A stretch of DNA of 64,000 nucleotides from Owenia fusiformis (Eukaryota): contig CAIIXF020000001.1 in NCBI GenBank assembly GCA_903813345.2, forward strand, positions 41,726,001-41,790,000, read 5' to 3'. Shown here one piece after another: positions 1-16,000 of this stretch. Position 1 is the stretch's first letter; each line of letters opens with the position of its first letter. The translations under genes and the position numbers were made by a program. A model generated the notes under the pieces. The model made no database searches and was not told the origin of the DNA. It saw only the letters and a list, made by a program, of their open reading frames with translations.

Positions 1-3000
1 CATTTTTGATGTATTTCTTATTTTTTATTAGTGTAGATATTGTTGGTCTAAGTTCACTATACATGGAACATATTAAACAAACATAACAATAATACGAATA
101 AAATAAATGAATTAAAGATTATATTTTACTTAAATGTACCAGATTTTGAGCCCTTTAATCAACTTTGTTATTTCATTACCTATTTGACATGCTCTTATGG
201 GAAAAAAGTAGATCAAATAATGACAGGGAATCCTAGATGACGGTGATTCCAATACAGTTTTATTGCAAATATTTCAAATGATTTAAATAATATAGCTTTA
301 GCCTAATTAATGAATAGTTATTTAAAAGTACAATCAATAACTTAATTACATTCAGGGTGATATTACAGACCAGAAGATGAAAAATGAAATTGAACTTGAT
401 ATATTGACATTGAGGTGTTTAGTATTTGTTGTTTAGATGAGATAATTAAATTATCATGAGGTCATTAAACCATTTATACGTATTGGGAAACTGAAAATAA
501 AAATGTGTTCAAGGCTAAATATATATTAATAACGTCATTAAATTTACTTATTCCATATTAAATAATTAATAAACACTTAGGGGACAAAGATATACTGAAT
601 AATGTATAAAATAATTTGTAAGTAAAGAATTCACCAGTATCTTACAAAAATTCTGAAAAAGTAGTATGGATCATTTCAACGATGACATCAATGGAGAAAC
701 AATCATTCGGTGTATGTACTTCGACAAAATATGGCGTAATAACAAATATATAATTATACAATAAAGTAAATTAGATAAAAATTCGGAGAGAGCACAAACG
801 TGACTATATTAACTCTTTTGGGAAGTGTCAGCTAGGTAATTGTAAAGTGCCAGATTAAAAAAATCTAATAAGTTTCCCCGGAGTAGTAATTAATCTACCT
901 GTCAGCTACATTTACAAGATATACTTGGAAACAATTGCGTGTACATCTAATTTACCACATTTCATATAAGACACATTGACGACCCTACAAGTCCACACAC
1001 AAAGCGTAGCTTCAATTCAGCAAGTTCCAATGTAAATTGAAGAGATCTCTAAATATTTTGATTTTATTAGGTCAAACAACAGTTTATGATTATTTATTGG
1101 TATTTGTAGTTATTAATGAATTAATGATTTTATTGCGTGATGAGATGGAATGCATATGGACTTAGTCAGTCTACTAGTGTATGTACATATTAGCTGTAAT
1201 ATTACAGGCAAACATGATGTAACTAATTCTACATCACAAATCATCATTAGGAAGGATAAAGAAAAGTCAATAGAAATGACTACTTATAAATAAACATGTT
1301 CATCTGAAAACATTCTGAACATATTCTACGGGAGCAGATAGAAGGCATCAACGTATCACAAAAAAATACAAAAAAGAATGAACAATGGTGGTATTGAGTG
1401 TTTATGACGTCAACGAAAAACGAACATGTCAGCACAAATCTGGATTATGAATGGTGAAAAACAATTCATAAACAACCGATAAAGGATATACATAACTGAT
1501 GAATCAATGTCAAGTTTCAATTTAGGGGCTAGCCTTTATTGACACTTTGCGCTGATAAATCTGAGAGGTTCTTAAAATTTTCATTTGATTCGGTGACCAT
1601 GCGTGGTTGATTTAGGTGGTTTTATGACATGATCTTCTATGGTTCATTGACTCTTCAATGTTACCAAGGAGCATGCACGATCAGGAACAGATGATAAAAA
1701 TTCAATGAATATCAAATTTTTAGAATAGAACTTTTTAAGATGAAGTAAATGTTGTGATCTCATTTGCGATATAATGGGATTGGTTTTCTCAGAAATATTT
1801 ATTAAAGAAATTGCAGCAATTAGCAAAATTAAGGAGTTGTCATAGAAATATCTCGTCCCATTATTAAATTTGCTTGGATACTATTTCAAATTGTACAAAA
1901 TAGATTACAGACTATAGAGTAAGGCAAAACACATCCGCAATTTAACAGTTACATGGCTTTTATCCTTTAGTAAAGGTAATTTCATCCAATGAGTCAGTTG
2001 AGTCTATTCAATCTCAACCATTTTAGGACCATTAGGGTAATGCATCTTCGTTCTTAGATTTCATTGGAAATGATGTAAAAAGAGACGGTTTTAGACAGTG
2101 GGTCATTATTATAGAATATTTTCTAATACAGGCAGGGATGGATTTATCAAGACAAATTGCATTGGTGTTCAGCACTGTTCATCCTGGACGAGTTTATACA
2201 GCAATGGAATTGATGAGCTCTGTTTAGCACATCACTCTCACCATTGCTATGCTTCATATGCAGTTTATCTTCACATTTGATTTTAAATGTCCTGCTTTTT
2301 ATTTAGTTTACAAAGGTTGAATTATGCAAGTACACGTTGTAACCAGTTGACCCTTATCATTGAGTTCATTTCCACTATCAAGGTCACCACTATCATTGTC
2401 TGTATCACTGCGTTCATTATCTGGCATTGCGTGCTAAAGGAGTGGGTCTGTATCAAACCAATGATATGAAATTGAATACATGGTGGGGAGAAATGTATCT
2501 TACATGAATAACATGTAGGCGAGGATTGTGATCAATCTTTATGTTGAGATCAATGTCAACGATTCTTAAATTAGTTTTATCATTATCCCCTGGGTTATCT
2601 GAAGTTCCTTGGGAAAGGACATTATGGGCATGTTGTAAAAATCTTGGCAAATTGCTTAATAAAGGTTGGAATAAAGGTTGCCTTATCATATCTACAGGTT
2701 TTAAAAGAGGTTGTTTATGATACCTGTACTACGAAGGGACATGAGCTAAAAGTGTCCAGTAAAGATAAAGGCATCTGATATCCCAAGATAAAATTGTCTG
2801 ATGTTTCCTGTGTCTAACTCACAGTTGGACAACGTGTTTCTTCCACATATTAAAGAATGCTTTGCTTCAATCAGACATTGAGAGGAAATTGAAAATAAAG
2901 ATAACCTATAAGAAACAGGATCAGAGCAAATTGTTGTTATTAAACCTCGATCAGAGAGACCTTCAAAAACAACATCATAAAGCCTACTTCAAGTGTCATT

Positions 3001-3108
3001 ACAAGAGGAGTATAAGTTACAAACAATAGTTAATAAAAACTTGATCTTGATTAGAACTTGATCATAAATTGCTAAAGGTTATACAGGAGTATACCAATCT
3101 AATTCAAG

Positions 3109-4097
3109 ATGAATAAATCAACATCTTCAGACGATGAGACCAGAAAGATCAGCCTTCCAAGCAAGTTTGGGAGAGGGATAGATAAAGACGCAGCTTTCAA
3201 ACATGATCCACCGAGGAGAAAGATCACTATGCCATTATTGGGAAACCTAGAAGAGATCCAACATAATATTTCCTCTATACAGGAGATCACAGATTCGTCC
3301 CAAACCTCTCTAGATGATAACTCAGTTACAGAGGAGGAAATGAGGGAAAGGGAAACACTAAATGCATCAATTAACTCTGCATTATCGTCTCATACAAAAA
3401 TCAGAGAAAGTAAAAGTGACGGTGAAAATATCTCAACAACTACTCGGAAATCTTCTGGCCCATTAGCACTATTGAATGCTTTGAATCTACCTAAAAGAAA
3501 AATAAGCGGGCCTGAAAGGAAAGTGAGTGGCCCTGAAAGAAAGATAAGTGGCCCTGAAAGGAGGATAAGTGGCCCTGAAAGGAAGATAAGTGCTCCCGAA
3601 AGACTATCAAGAGGATTCTTTGAGAAAACAATTTTCCGGAATAACTCTGGTGGAAAGAAAGGAAAAATCAGACCTTCTACGGTTTCACTTCCAGATACAC
3701 CATTATTCAATAGGGCACCTTGCGTTGTGTGTACCCTAATAAGACAAGTCAAATTTGACAGTTTTGAGAACCCTGTTATCAGCCAACATGGGTTTGTAAC
3801 AGATGTACATGTATCCACCATGCTAACCAAGGCAAGAAGTTTATCTAAACTCAATATCGAAGGTTGCAGCAACATGGACAATCAACCCAAATTAGCACCC
3901 GTGACCAGTGATCATAAAAAACAAGGAAGGAAAATGCCAGTTACACCCCAGTTGTTGAGACGCTTTCGCAAAAAATCCAAAGATGAGAAAAAGATGGAGG
4001 AAATTGAAGCTGCGAAGGATCGTGTTAGGAAGATCGGGCTTCCAATGGCACCCTGGGAAGTACTACCAAATGAAGATGCACTGGATAATAATGTTAG
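3109..4097 (+). CDS. RAP1GAP: Rap1GAP alternative first coding exon A (~330 aa, basic/Ser-rich, probably disordered)
   Basis: 330-codon ORF whose stop lies inside the donor AG|gtaagg at 4097/4098. Its phase-2 end matches the phase-2 acceptor at 17989 (AG+G = Arg). Confidence 0.7.
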
Positions 4098-7000
4098 GTA
4101 AGGTGAATTACATGAATTTTTATGTTCAATAGTTCATTTCATTTGGATATAATCATAGGAAAACCCAAATACGATGGGTATGCCTCCAATTTCAATATTT
4201 TGCAGGTCAACCATTACCAATGAGTTGTTATGTAAAAGTTATATACTTCAAAGTACATCGTGGTAATAACCCAGATGCGAGTAGGTAGTTACCATATTCA
4301 CCACCAGGTGGCTCGTTCGGGTCAGATAGCATGGTGGGTATAGTAGAAAGTTCCCTTTAACTTAAATTACATCTATTTGCATGGTTCAATTTTCTTATAA
4401 CCCTTATGTATCTAATAGTTATGCAAATTAAAATATGTCCAGTAAAAGAAAATGTTATCTGTCCAATACAAGAGAAGATAATTCACTTTTTGTGATTTTG
4501 TAACATGGGGTCTATGGGGAATCAACCCGAACAAGAAGTCACATTTTCAAAAAAAATTAAATTTTCAAAGTTGATAGACAATTTTCGAAACCATACCTCT
4601 AGATGTACTTTTACATGCAGATTTCAAATATGACATCACTTTGACTGAATTTTGAATATTTAATAACGTAAATCAAGATTATTTCTACTCGCATCTAGTC
4701 TATTGTATCCAAAGAGATGATTGTCTTTGATCCATGCAAATCCTCCTTGAATCTTTTACTGAAGAGTGCTTCTCTGATTTTCTTTGGTGAAGTACGTTTA
4801 AGAGAAGTGTTGGAACACCATGTTGTCCCAGGGATCTTATATGAGGGCTGATCATTTGCGATGAAAAAGCACGAGGGACACGTGAGAAAGACATAATTCA
4901 CACTTAGACTTATGAACTACTTACTAACTTACATCTTATTTAGACTATAAATTTATGTAAGAGCAAGTAAAGAAATCCATTTATATTTTTAACATTGATA
5001 TACTGTATTGCAAAAAAAGACTCCGTGTATTTATGTCCCCATCGAGAAGTGGTGACATTGCTCATGCCAAAGCTTTTTTGAAACCAGCATTGACAGTCAA
5101 TTGTCAGCATTCAGCGGGGGGGGGGGGGGCCTTCAGCTTCTGTAACAAATTGTTTGACCTTTGCGACCTTTGTGATTTGCAAAACTTGTTGTGGTTACAT
5201 TTTGTCATTTAAATGCCTAGTTACTTCATTAAGTTTACTTTCATTTTCCATGCAAACTACTGATTACTTACTGTAGTTTAATTGACTGATATTAGAGGTT
5301 TGATTATATAGTGTTTTTATGTTACCACCATAAGTGTTGTTATAGTCTCCACCTTTTTGTGGAGAGTGTTCAGTATTCAGTGACTGGTGTTCGGTGTCTG
5401 TAACAAATGGCAGGTGGTGACAGTTTGCATGTTAATGCTTCGTTTCTTATTGATATTCATTTGTTTCATTCTTGGCAAACTAACCTCGAATGTCAACTAT
5501 TCAAAATGCCATAAATATCACTAAAATGTTACAATATTGAAGACCCCTTGGTTGTTATTTCATCTCCTAAATTTACTTTGATCTCTCCTGCATCACTACC
5601 CTGAGTTCAAGAGGATGATAACAACACCTACGAAGCTCTCTTGAAGAGGAGCATAATGAAACTATTGTAAAGGGTACTGTATCACTTATCTATGGTGATA
5701 AACAAGTCAGTTACATGATATGCTATTATGTGAAATACGCCACAGTTTAATTAAACCTATAATGAACCTGCAAATTGCTTCACCCACAGCATAATGCATC
5801 ATTAGAAAACATTGATGTTGTTGCGAAATAAAAATGTGATTTTTAATTAAAGCATTCTCAAGGATTCATTAATGTCCTTAATTTAGCATTTCTTTATTGT
5901 ATAGACACTAGATTATTGTCATCTCATAATACAATCAATGCTTTTCCTATTTGTATGCCCACGTCTGTCCATTTCTTGAATACCTCACATTTCATATGTC
6001 TGTATCTTATGAAATAGACTTTCTGAGATACTTTCTGCTAATGATACCTGAAGTAAATGAGGCTCATAGCTGCAGTGATCAGACATCTGATGTTTTAATA
6101 GGCTTAAGGAATGGTTAATTATTAGTATGAAGTCTCGCTAGATGCTCAATACCTAGAAATGAAATTGGATCAATTAATAAGTTTCCGACAGCCAATAGCT
6201 GGCCTGAAGTGCTTGAAGTCCAGTACCTTGATAACAAACTTGCATGGTTTGTAATATACAGAGTGAGCGCAACTTCTGGACCACTCGATCTTGAGACTTG
6301 GATCTCTACATCTAGTCTTGAGACTCAAACATTCGGTAATCCTTCTCCGAATAAGCTGCTTGAACTATAGATAGGAGGAAACAGAAGGATACAGTACTGG
6401 TATCTGTCACTGAAGATTTGAACTGACACAACACACTTAAAGTATGGTTATTGTAGAACGAAATCTCTGACAACATTGTACTATGTGAAGTATTTGTAAT
6501 TGGATTGATTGAGAGGTTACCTAAACTACAAGACTCTTGGTTGTTTAGTATCATATATTGCTGTATCAAGAGAGGCTGTTGACGCGTTAAGATGTGAGTT
6601 GACATATTCAGGAGTACAAAGTGGGATCTTGTTACATATGGTAACCTTCAAATCAAACATTGCTACCTGACACCTCACAGTGGTATTGACTATACACTAG
6701 TACCTAATTTCAAAACACAATCAATAAAAAACAATTGAAATTTGTAACAAATACTTACTCAGTTGTCAAAACTTGACTGAACAAACGTGATAGGATAAAG
6801 ATAACGTGAATGCACTTCAACGGGACCTTATGGTTTTAGTTCAATCTCAGCACTTTAGTAGATGCGAATGTGTGGTGTAAGATACATGTTGAAGGCTCTA
6901 AATAACAGTTTTAAAACACAATAAAGAAGTCAATCAATATGGGGGATCACAAAAGGGTAAGGAAGATAAGCTTACCTCATTTAATGCACTTTAGAAGCTC

Positions 7001-10000
7001 CAAAGATCACCTGAATAAAGACTTAGTAGAACACGATGCCGAGAATGACAACATGTCGAGACCACAAACATTCTCAGATCGGGTTAGGAAAATAAGTCTA
7101 ATCTCGTTACGTAAAAGTGGAGTGCGTGACATCCCAAGGTCAATTGATGAGGACATTTTTGTAGCTCCGGCCAATAGATCATCAACGGAACAACGGTCAA
7201 GAAAATGCAACTCACTGGAAGTGAATGACAATGATCAAATAGGATTGATACGTGCTATGAAGCGACACTCTATGACATCACATAGCTTAATGATGTCACA
7301 ATCGGGCCTAAGATCACTGACCCCGAGCCCAAACAAACCAAGGAGGCAACTCCCCAAAACTCCAGAAAAATCTGAGGATGAAGAGAAATTGACTCCAGAT
7401 CTTAATACAAAAAGGAGGTCACAAACTTATGATTCACCAACGAAAAGATTTATGGGATCCAACAAAAAGATTTTCCGGAAAATTAGTTCACCTTTACCAT
7501 TCAGGTAACCCATTTACATTCTTAGCAAGATTTGGGTAATTTAAAAATATGTTTCAAATACCAGACCAGTAATTAGTGAAAGCAGAGTTTGGCAAATGTT
7601 ATCAGTTTAATATAAACATATGTGTGATTTTCAATCGGTTTGGGGTTGTTATCCCCTATCTCAAGTATTGTGTTAGGGAATTGAGATAACAGTATGTTGT
7701 TAACTTGTTAGCTTAACTTTTACATATGTATAGTTAACAGATTCAGGTTTTCAGTTTCACTAACATGGCCACTTCACCCAATTTATGCTATTTTTACAAT
7801 CAGATCTCCTATGACACATCCCACTGTAAGTGACATGGAGGTTAAAGTTGGAGATCTATTTACACACTTTGTTTATAACCACTAGAAAGCATGTAATAGG
7901 GTAACATTGTTCAACATTTCAGCAACAACAATAAGAAGGGAATTGATTGAAAAGTACTAAACTAAATGTATCATCCATATCAAAGTTTTAATTAGCATTC
8001 ACATTGTGTTTGGATCAATAACTACACTGTTGCAATGTTGTGGGAAAATCCCGATTATGTTTTTCTATTGTATTTTACGATGATGACTTTTGGATTAACC
8101 ATTGCATTCTATTTAATCACAACAATTGACACTTTAAAATATATTTCCTGTCATTTTTGATGTTATTGTTGTTATGAATAGGCAAGTTCTCAAGATACAT
8201 GTATTTTTCAATCATTTATGAGGATAAAACACTGCTATAACAGTACCCTTTGCATTCGTTTGACTTCACTTCTTAAAAGAGAGCTTCGTCTTCATCTAAA
8301 ATACAAGTATTTGAAATGAAAACATTCTAGGTTAAAATCATTGCAAGTAAAAAAAACATTTTTAAAGGTTTTTCTAAAATTATTGTTTGTTTTAAATCTT
8401 CGCTAGCCTTATGTTGTATATGTTCTTGTTATTGAAAATCCCGTGAGAGTTTGTGTCAAAACATAGGGTGACTGTTCTAGTGCTACTTATTCCGTTTGTT
8501 AGGTGAAAGTGAACTGGATACGTGGTTTCCTTGATCTACTTTGTCCCGCTGGGTGGCAAAGAAAGTGTCTTTCTACCAGAATCCTCTGAAGTATGTTTTT
8601 ACGTCATCATAAACTATGTGTTTCATTTTTTGTTCATCTTTGTTGATCTCAAAACCACATTTTTTTGCGTCCATATCTTTTTGACATTTCAACGGTCCAA
8701 CAAATAAATTGGTAAAAACATCATTTCTGGTTAAACTGGTAATTTTTCATTAATCACAAATATCTTTTACAATTTATTTTGACATTATAACCTATCAATA
8801 TATTATCAATTATTTGACTGATTTACTATTTAGTTGAGTTAGTTATAGAAGCAAGTCAATAAGATTAAGTGTTCTGCCTTTGCTTAGTTAGAGTTACATG
8901 TTCATTGAAGATTGGCTGCTTGATGGATCACTTGTTGAAATTATAGAAGTGCAAAATGAATTTATCAAATCCCCTTATTCCATAGTTCCCAAAAGTATCA
9001 ATAAATCCCTGCTGGAGGAGAGTTGTATAGTATGGAGGAGTGGTGATATTTCCTGTTAATAAGGAACATTTGTACTTTCCTCATATCACCAAATTCGTAT
9101 GTTTTGTTTGTTGTTCAAACCATCACCAGCGAATGAACAATTTCGATAATTGGCACATTATATGGCACTATTATTTTATCAAGATTATTTAGATGCACTT
9201 TTTTAACCATGTCACTCTTTTGATGAAGCCTATATAGTTATGCATTATGTTTTCCTTCTATTTTCATTGATTCGTTTTAAATGTAACATACATAAGGAAT
9301 AACAATATGCGGAACAATAGCTTGTTGGGGTGTATTAAATACAAAATCAGTGATATTGTGAAAATTGCAGAGCATCAATTACCAGCCTGAATTAGATTAG
9401 CCTCATGACTTTTCTATCCATAATTCAATTCATTAGTTTACTTGACTATCTTAATGAGTCTATACCCCACAATATTAGCTTCACTTTTACTGCTTTGATC
9501 CTTTTCTCAATGATGCAATAACTCCACGACTGAATACAAAACACATGTTCCTGTCAGTTTTACTCGGCTAATGACACTGTTGCGGCAGTTTGAACGCGTC
9601 CCAAGCTGCAGTCTAAACAACAAAGTAGCCATAAAATGTTTCGATGCTATTGCATCTACATAATTAACACTTAAAATGAGCTCTCTGTTTTTTATGAGAG
9701 TTTATAACGATTGGTCTGCAACTTTGAGTTTCTTGCCAATAATGAGTGTTTATATATTCGATCATTGTGGCTAATATACGGAGCTATCTTGGAATGCTAA
9801 ACACCCCTTTTCACACTTGGGAGAACTTTTTTCAATTAATGCTTTGTCTTGTCTTCCAATTGGGAGACATTTGTTAGGGGGGCTTGTCCAACAAAGAATG
9901 CTAATAGAGTAGCATGTAGGTACTTGAAATATGTCTATTGAAATAAAAAATATAAGAAACTGACTTTATTCCAGTTATTACCAGATAATATAATATGACT

Positions 10001-13000
10001 TAAGACTTGAAACAGATGCATACCTTATGTGCTGAATTTGCCAAACTTTTGTAATCTGCTTCTCTTTTGTTTCTGATATGAACAAAGCCTACCAACAAAT
10101 GTATATACTTTATAGGAGTTTGTTTGTCTTTGTTTTAAAGCATCATCTTACTGGTATTTTCCATTTTGGTAAAATGCATGAGAATAATCAGGAAATCGTA
10201 GGAAAAGTGGCCATGAAGACTACATGTATTTTGAAAAAATGGACATTTTAAGAAAAAGCAAAACACAAAGTCCTGAACAAATCCTCAATAGTCTTTGATT
10301 ATTCCTGTCTTTTTTTCACACTAAGTCACTGTAGTCTCATTTAGATATTTCCCTTTGTTGTGGTTTAAGATTAATTTCCCTTGCGTCTGAGGTAATTTTT
10401 ACAAAGTGACACATCAGAATCCCTGTCTTAGTTATACATGCAGCAAGTTATACCAGGGTTTTAGTTATTTCACGGTCAATTGTGAAGCTATCCAGGCGCT
10501 TTTTATGTAAGTCAAGTCAGTACACATTTTTCAAGTATTGGCAAATTTTTGATTTAATATTTTAAAATATCAGAATTAATATAACAAACATATATTTAGA
10601 AAATGAGTGATGAAATATATCACATCCTGGTGTCAAAACAGTTCAAATATCTGGTTTTAGGGACTTTAATAGTAGATAGAAAAAATCAAGAAATCTGAAA
10701 TTTCAGTAATAACTATACATGGCAAGTATACACATATACATGTATAGTTATGTACATGTATGTAAACATACATGTTTGCATTATGGACATGTACAATGTA
10801 CTTTTATTACACAAATATGGACACACTTGACACCAAAATGAAAACACGTGATCACCAAAGGCTAAACATGTTAAGAATTATTAACTTGAACACAGAGAGA
10901 AGTGCTTGCCTTAGTCTTGACACTGGTAAACTCAAAAATCTAGTATAGTGACACCCTCTAGGTTAGGATAAGGTCTTTCTAAATGTAAAAAAAACGCTGT
11001 ACAGCACACAGCAGTCAGCTTTTGTACCATTCACTAATTTTTGATACAGATCTTTCTCCCATGAGCATACGTTAGTTAATAATGTGACAAAAATCATATT
11101 TTATTGTGAAACATTTAGTTCATGGTATTTGACTCAGAAATTATTGGCCCCCTGGGATGAATAATTTTTCTTCACAGAAACAGGTTTGTCGAGAGGAAGT
11201 AATAACGAGAGGGTTATGGGAAACGAGTCGCAGCTCATCAGATATTAGTTATGACAAGTCCCATAATGCATTTTGATAGGAGAAATTGTTTTATCCTACA
11301 CTTAGTGTACTAAATGTATAATAACATGAAAAAATAAATTTGATACTTATTGGCAAAATGAATATCCGGAGGATATCGTAACGATATACTCCGGGCGGAG
11401 GATATCGTGATGATATACTCCGGAAAACCCAATATGCGGAGGATATTGTGACGATATACTCCGCTTGTTAATTTCCCGCCAAATTGACTCTATTTGGCAT
11501 GAAATTCATTTTACAATGATATTATACATTCAGTACACCCCTTGTAAGTGTAGGATAATAAGAACATCCTATGATTTTTTCAGAATATCATTTTAATCTA
11601 GTCGGTGATATTGATATATGCACTCGTTCGCTTCGCTCTCTCGTGCAGATATCAATATCACCTCGTAGATAAAAATGATATTCCTCAAAATCATAGGATA
11701 TCCTATAAATATGGCGTATACACATCAATTATCAAATCTAATTTTGTGAACAAATTGTTGCTGTATGGAGGATTAAAAATGGGCCAGTCTTTGAATTTTT
11801 ATAACACTCGAAATATAATATGAAAAAATAATTAGAATATAATCTCTCCATTTATTCTTGTTAATAATATCTTGGGATATTTAATCTCTTCCCTAAAGGG
11901 TTGTATATCTTTCAGAAGAGTAAGGAGGTGAAAGCTAGAATTAACTTACAGTCACATACAGACTTCTGTAAGTTATGGGTGCTTACATAATTCAAATCCT
12001 CCAGGCAATAGCTGAGTGGTCATTTTAAATTGGCTAGGCCACTATTTGTCACCTATGGCTTTGTCCCTGCAGCTTTTTGAGTAGTCAAGATTAGATTTGA
12101 CCCAGTTGAAAAGTATTTTCATTTTTCACCCAGTTTGAAATGTAGCACCATGTTGAAAATTTGGAAAATTGTGAATAATTAGGATATTTTGACCAGTTTT
12201 GGTTATTTCTAAGTCAATATAGACAAAATGAGAATTTTGCCCTATATTGATTAAAAATGAAATTATCTTCCAGGGTCCTAAATATATATGGTATTATTGA
12301 CCTTGAGCTTGTTATATTAATTGTTGTGAGTCAAGCTTTGCCTTATTCTCTCCATACTTTATCAGTTTCATCAGGTAATCTGTAAGGACCATACATTTCT
12401 CCTTCCTTATAGCACCAGTTTCTGAGAATTCCTACCATTTTAATATCTTTGCTCGGTTAAAACATTGTTTGGTGTTCCTGTATATTTCTTGGAGGGTACA
12501 ATTGATTTGTTTGACTTTATAATTGTGTTATGTATCTATATTTGTGTACTTAGTCTGATAAGTAAAGTATGTAAGCTCATATAAATGGTCAGATCATACA
12601 ACTACAGTATTAACATGATTAATTTCATAATAAAACCAAATTGTGAGGAATGACAGAAAGCTTTAAAATCTGTTTTAAAAATGTGTTTTTAAAGAAGGTT
12701 TGTGATGCAGTTGTTCCTTCTTATTGTCTCAATGATCAGCTTGTTTTTGAGTCGATAGTTTGTTTATGGATTATTTCATCCATCTATTGTTGCTGCTCTC
12801 TATCAGGTATGTTTATCAGCATGTATTTCACTCCATCTAGTTCATATAGATGGCAGTTCTGTTTATTGGTTTATATGACATACCTTTTGAGATCATAGAT
12901 GAATCTAGCTCAAAATCAGCCAATGGGCTATATGTGGGATCCAATCTTAGGAAATGTCAATGTTGCTGTTTAAAAATTTGGGGATATCTTGTTTTGTGTG

Positions 13001-16000
13001 CTTTTTGTGATGCTTGGAGCTGGTTCTGAATGTTGCCAATTTTATGATGTGAAAATGTATATGGTTTTATGGGATTTTCTAATTTTGTGTAGTACTTCAA
13101 TAAAGGAAAAGAGAGACCAGGAACTGTTTGAACGATATCATAATATGCCAGGGTGGAACATCAAACTAATGGGTTTTTATTTTTCATAAGTTTCATGAGT
13201 CAACTCAGAACACTAAACTCAATCAACATTTTGTTGAATTTTTATTTATTTTTTATTTGCAATCATCATCTTGTTAGTGTCATAGTGAGCACTTTCCACA
13301 TCAAGCAGTTTCTCTGCATTGTCCTATCAACCATTACATTTGATCTCAACCAGCACATTTGATATCAACCATTGCATTTGATCTCAACCAGCACATTTGT
13401 TATCAACCATTATATTTGATCTCAACCAGCACATTTGATATCAATCATTACATTTGATCTCAACCAGCACATTTTAATCAGTTTGACTTCTTGCAATTTG
13501 CAGCCCCAAATTACGTATATTGATGGAAATATATTTTCTTCATAAGCATTCAACATTCGGTATACTGTATTTATAGTTCTAGATAGATCATACACATGTT
13601 GATGTTGAACCTGAAGACCTAAGATTATCATGTTATCAAACTGTAAGTTATATTACCATTATATCCCTTACAGATTTCTTACAGATAATCTACATGTACA
13701 CTGTACATGGGTTTTTCTGTTCATCTTGCTGTAATACACCTGTTCTGTTTTTGTGTTCTTTTTTAGCTTAGTGCTTTAGTGAATGTTGTTTAGAGTTTAA
13801 TTTAGTGTATGTTTTGATTCTCTGCATTTCAAGGTAGTTTCATAATAGGTGATTGGAGGTATTCTTGAGAAAGGTCTAAGGCCAGAATCATAAAGATAAG
13901 TGAGGTTCACAGTTCTTATTTATCCCCAACAAAGCATTGAATATGTGGGTCAAATTATTTATTTCTGTTTACTTTATACTCTGAAAATATTCATGATTTT
14001 TATTCTCTAATTTTCATTCATATGGAATTAATGGTATTGCTGACTTTTCTTTATAATCTCATCTAATTACTTTCTTTTTGCCGTTCATTTCTCTTTGGGT
14101 TGAAAATCTCCTATATCTTGTTAATAAAAACCAGCCGTGTTTCCAGATTATAACTGTGTACCTGATTAGTATCAACATATCTTTGATTCAGTGCATAAGG
14201 TAATATTGAGTGCATTTACTCGGCCATGTTTATATGCCATGTTTGCTCTGAGGCTGCACAATTCTCAGAAATTACATCGCCAGTTTTGTCTGTAGTCGCA
14301 AGAGTCTATTGTTATTATACAAAACTGATTGATACTTACTGTAAGATATTAAGTTGAGGCACTATTGTGTAACTGAGAACACATTATTACATAAGCATTA
14401 AAAACACTATATCGTTTACTTTTTTATCGTTTACCATCAACGCCATAGCTACAGGTAAGATTATTTTATATAGCTTATTTTGTATGCTGAACGTGGATTA
14501 GAAAACTTTTTAGCTGATAAGTATTCCGAATATTTTGAGTTATAAAAATTGTAATGATTTGAACAAAAAAGGAAGGAATCATTTATTAGATGTATAGAAA
14601 AATAAATCAAAAGTTTAAGAAAGAGAAGACTCATTAACACCCTTTGATACCTGATTTTCATGTTGCTCAGCCATCGGATACGAAAACCGCAAGTGAAGTG
14701 AGTGGTTGAACCGTTTCTATGATTTATTCTTGTTTAACGGTATTTCTATTCCTGTAGCACTCAATGCAACTCATTATGGATAATTAGTTAATCAAACATC
14801 CATTTGGAAAATCCACATTATGGGTCTCTTGATTATTTTATACCATAAACTGGCTTGGTTTATATTGCTTGATTTTTCTGATTATTCATAGAAAACTCAA
14901 AAATACAAAGTTTAATGATTATTTTATTAGTGTAAATAGGCAAGGATTAGCTAACAATCCAAAATTGTCACAAACTCACCTATGACTTATACCTTAGTTA
15001 CCCATGAATATTATTGAAAAATGATTGAAACTTTTTGCTGACTACGTTGACCTTCATGCGTGTAGGACATACAAAGGAGAGGGAGGGGGTTACATTAAGG
15101 CTATCTATAAAAACTGCATATGGATTTTACATGCTTAACATTGAAGCAGTTATAATGGTATTACAGTATAACATTTGTGAAGCTGCACTTAGCTTATCAG
15201 ATTAACTTATTGATTCCAGTGGTACAACATTTATTGTCCTTTAATCTAGTAATTAATCTTGAAATAATTTTCCCTTTGTATGCACTAAGTAAGGAAATGA
15301 AGCAGAAATGAATATTTATGAAGAGATTTTATTATTATGTAATTTTGCGTTAATAAATATACTTCAGATTTCATGAAATGAATTTTGTATATTCAGCAAT
15401 AAATTGTTACAAGATTTAGCAAAAATGTCGGGTGTAGAGTTCTCATAGCATTGCGTGACAGATTAATAAGACCTTGTCATTTTTGAATTGTTTGAGCAAT
15501 AAAGAATTTCTACTAATGATATAAATGAATCAATTATTTCCTGATTAGAACTTGCGAAAGTTGCGTGTAATGATCCATTTTTCCTTGGACTGTGTAAAAA
15601 TCTGTTACAGAAGTTCAAAAGATAGGTGTACGATAATGAATTGAAAATAAATGACCAAAAAACAAACACATTTGTTTCGAGTAAACGATTTAGGATAATT
15701 AGCACCTATTAAATTGCCACTACAAAGAAAGTAATCCATTTCTATCACTGTGTCCAACAGAAACACTGTTTCTGATCATTTTTCTTCATTTGTCTTTCCT
15801 TGTTCCGAGAAAATTTAGAATTCTGCATGCACTGATTGCTGATGGACCATTTTCAGAATTCTCTCTGGTTAAAAGGATTACTTGTTTTTGCTTAAAGGCA
15901 GAATCAGATCTCTGGGGGTGACAAAATTAGAAGCAACATGTACATCTGACCTACCAATCTATTCCTTACAATGTCAAATACAATATCTCCCAAAAGATTC

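Noticed and set aside
1644..2689. Short ORFs upstream of exon A
   Set aside because: No recognisable motifs or consistent splice structure. Their lengths are expected by chance.
3390..3881. 163-aa antisense ORF with LSGPLIF repeats
   Set aside because: Reverse-strand shadow of the exon A coding repeat.
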